A stretch of DNA of 63,616 nt, filler included, from Basidioascus undulatus (taxonomy: Eukaryota): assembly GCA_000826855.1 (NCBI GenBank). It is 4 parts of 4 records of this genome, joined end to end, with 100 filler letters (N's around TTAATTAATTAA, not from the genome) between each part and the next. Parts side by side here need not be neighbours in the genome. Positions count along the whole stretch, not along the records: positions 32,825 to 63,616 come from JTLS01000108.1; 3 more parts are not named here. One strand, 5' to 3'. This document shows positions 62,042 through 63,616 of the stretch, piece by piece. The translations under genes and the position numbers were made by a program. How positions within the stretch are numbered: the stretch's first letter is position 1; every line of letters starts with the position of its first letter. The notes under the pieces are model-generated. The model was not told where the DNA came from. It searched no databases and saw nothing but the letters and a program-made list of their open reading frames with translations.

Positions 62042-62839
62042 GAGCGTGTGCGAAGAAAGTAAAGTCATAAAAGTGATAAACTCAAACTGCGAAGCCAGCC
62101 AGTCCGCGGAAAAGTGTGATTCGCGAATCTAACTTTGGGAGGGGACTAGGAGGCGAGGGAGAAGGGATCTTGAGCTCTCAGCGCCGCGCTCCTCGACGAC
62201 ATCAAGAACGGTAAGTCCACGCCGTCCAACCGTCTGAAACGCCTCGAGCACGCGCGTCTGCAGCTGTAGAATGCTACTTCGTTAATTGTTGGGAGGATCA
62301 AAGCGAAGAAAGGGTTGGATTTCGCAGGCGGAAGCGGATGGAGGAAAGGATCAGGCGGCTGTCAGACTGGCTCTGTCGCGAAGACGGCGCGCGCTGACTC
62401 TCTTGCCCTCACCCCCATCTTCAGGCTCGCAAAGGTGAGGACGCACTCTGTTACATTCACGCTGCATTTTGGAGGGCTGGGGGCGCTGGGAATGGAACGG
62501 GCAGGCCAGGCAGGCGGCGGTTTGGGCGGACTTAGGAGCCCGAGGCGGCGTCGGAGACGTCGGGCATGGCGAGGGCGCGGCTTTGGATGGAGGATTTGCA
62601 GGACAGCACGCTGACGGGCCCCCCTCGTTCCCCCCTCTTCCCACCGACTCCGCTCACCTCCCCTTCGACAAATCCACACTTCATCGCATATTCCACCCCG
62701 ACCTGCTCCCCGGCACTTCCCCGGACCCGCCCTGCCGCGCCCGCCCAATTTCTTCGTCCTCTCGCTCTCGCTCTCTTCGACCCCCCGGCCTCGCCCACAC
62801 CGTGCACTCCTTCCGCCGACCCGCTTCTGAACCGCACAG

Positions 62840-63532
62840 ATGAAGGTCGAGATCTGCTCCTTCTCCGGCTACAAGATCTACCCTTCCAAGGGCAAGCTCT
62901 ACGTCCGCCTCGACTCCAAGGTCCGACCCTCCCTCCTCCCCCGCCTTCCTCCTTCACCCCTCGCCGCGTTGAGCAGGGTTGGCTGATGCTGGGATGGGCT
63001 GGGATGCGTCGGTTTTGGGCGCGGTGACAGGTCTTCCGCTTCGTCAACGGCAAGACCGAGTCGCTCTTCCTCCAGCGGAAGAACCCGCGCAAGATCGCGT
63101 GGACCCAGGTCTACCGTCGCATGCACAAGAAGGGTATCACTGAGGAGTGCGTTGCTTCTTTCCTTCGCATCCATCTATCCCACATTCCCCATCCTCCATG
63201 CCGCATTTCCCGTCCCCATCTCCTCTCCGTCCTCCCTCCTCCACGCTCATCTACCCGTCTCGTTTTCCCGTCTCGCGCTTCGCGGACTCGGGACTGACCG
63301 CGGCGCTTTCACCACCAGGGTTGCCAAGAAGCGCTCGCGCCGCACCGTCAAGCACCAGCGTGGCATCGCCGGCCTTGACCTCGCTGCCATCGCCGCGAAG
63401 CGCAACCAGAAGCCCGAGGTCCGCGCCGCGGCTCGCGCTGCTGCCACCACTGCTGCGAAGGAGAAGAAGGCTGCCAAGGCTGAGAAGTCCAAGGCTGCCC
63501 GCGTCGGTCTCCCCAAGGTGTCCAAGCAGCAG
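62840..63532 (+). CDS. RPL24: 60S ribosomal protein L24 (eL24), last exon beyond the window
   Basis: [100 protein letters not shown], then an intron that runs off the window. Confidence 0.97.
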
Positions 63533-63616
63533 GTTCGTCACTCCATCTCCACATTTCCTCACAATCATCGCAACACTCGACCGCACCACCCTGCGAACCA
63601 GCAACGCTTACCGCAC

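Noticed and set aside
62435..62839. Intronic snoRNA in the long RPL24 intron
   Set aside because: No convincing box C (RUGAUGA) with box D pair or H/ACA architecture was found by eye.

Overview
This is eukaryotic, GC-rich, intron-dense fungal DNA. Short GT(G/A)(C/A)GT...CTRAC...YAG/AAG introns and the gene content point to a basidiomycete, most plausibly Pucciniomycotina/Rhodotorula-like (inference). It is a scaffold of four contigs joined by an artificial 100-nt spacer (44N-TTAATTAATTAA-44N). Conserved genes reconstructed by hand across introns are MVP1, NBP35, an amidase-signature enzyme, ERG24 (5' end in a gap), MTR4 (5' end in a gap), BMT6, an Osh3-like oxysterol-binding protein, AAR2, VPS27, TUM1/MPST and RPL24 (3' end off-window). 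Less characterised genes are a CAP64/CAS3/NXPE-like SGNH protein, a beta-propeller GT91(BMT)/GH130-like type II membrane protein, a cupin, an RlpA/expansin-like secreted protein, two small Gly/Leu-rich secreted proteins and several hypothetical proteins. The less GC-rich intergenic blocks hold decayed F-box/LRR-like, MYND-finger and secreted-protein genes. The most notable observations are a divergent inverted pair of homologous F-box-like pseudogenes bracketing the CAP64-like gene, the BMT/GH130-like enzyme, a complex RPL24 5' UTR (10-nt non-coding microexon and a ~230-nt AG-free zone after a distal branch motif), and an intron-split stop codon in MTR4. I saw no tRNA, rRNA, CRISPR array or intact transposon, and no clear novel multi-gene system. 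Exon boundaries are manual and family calls rest on motif recognition, not database searches.
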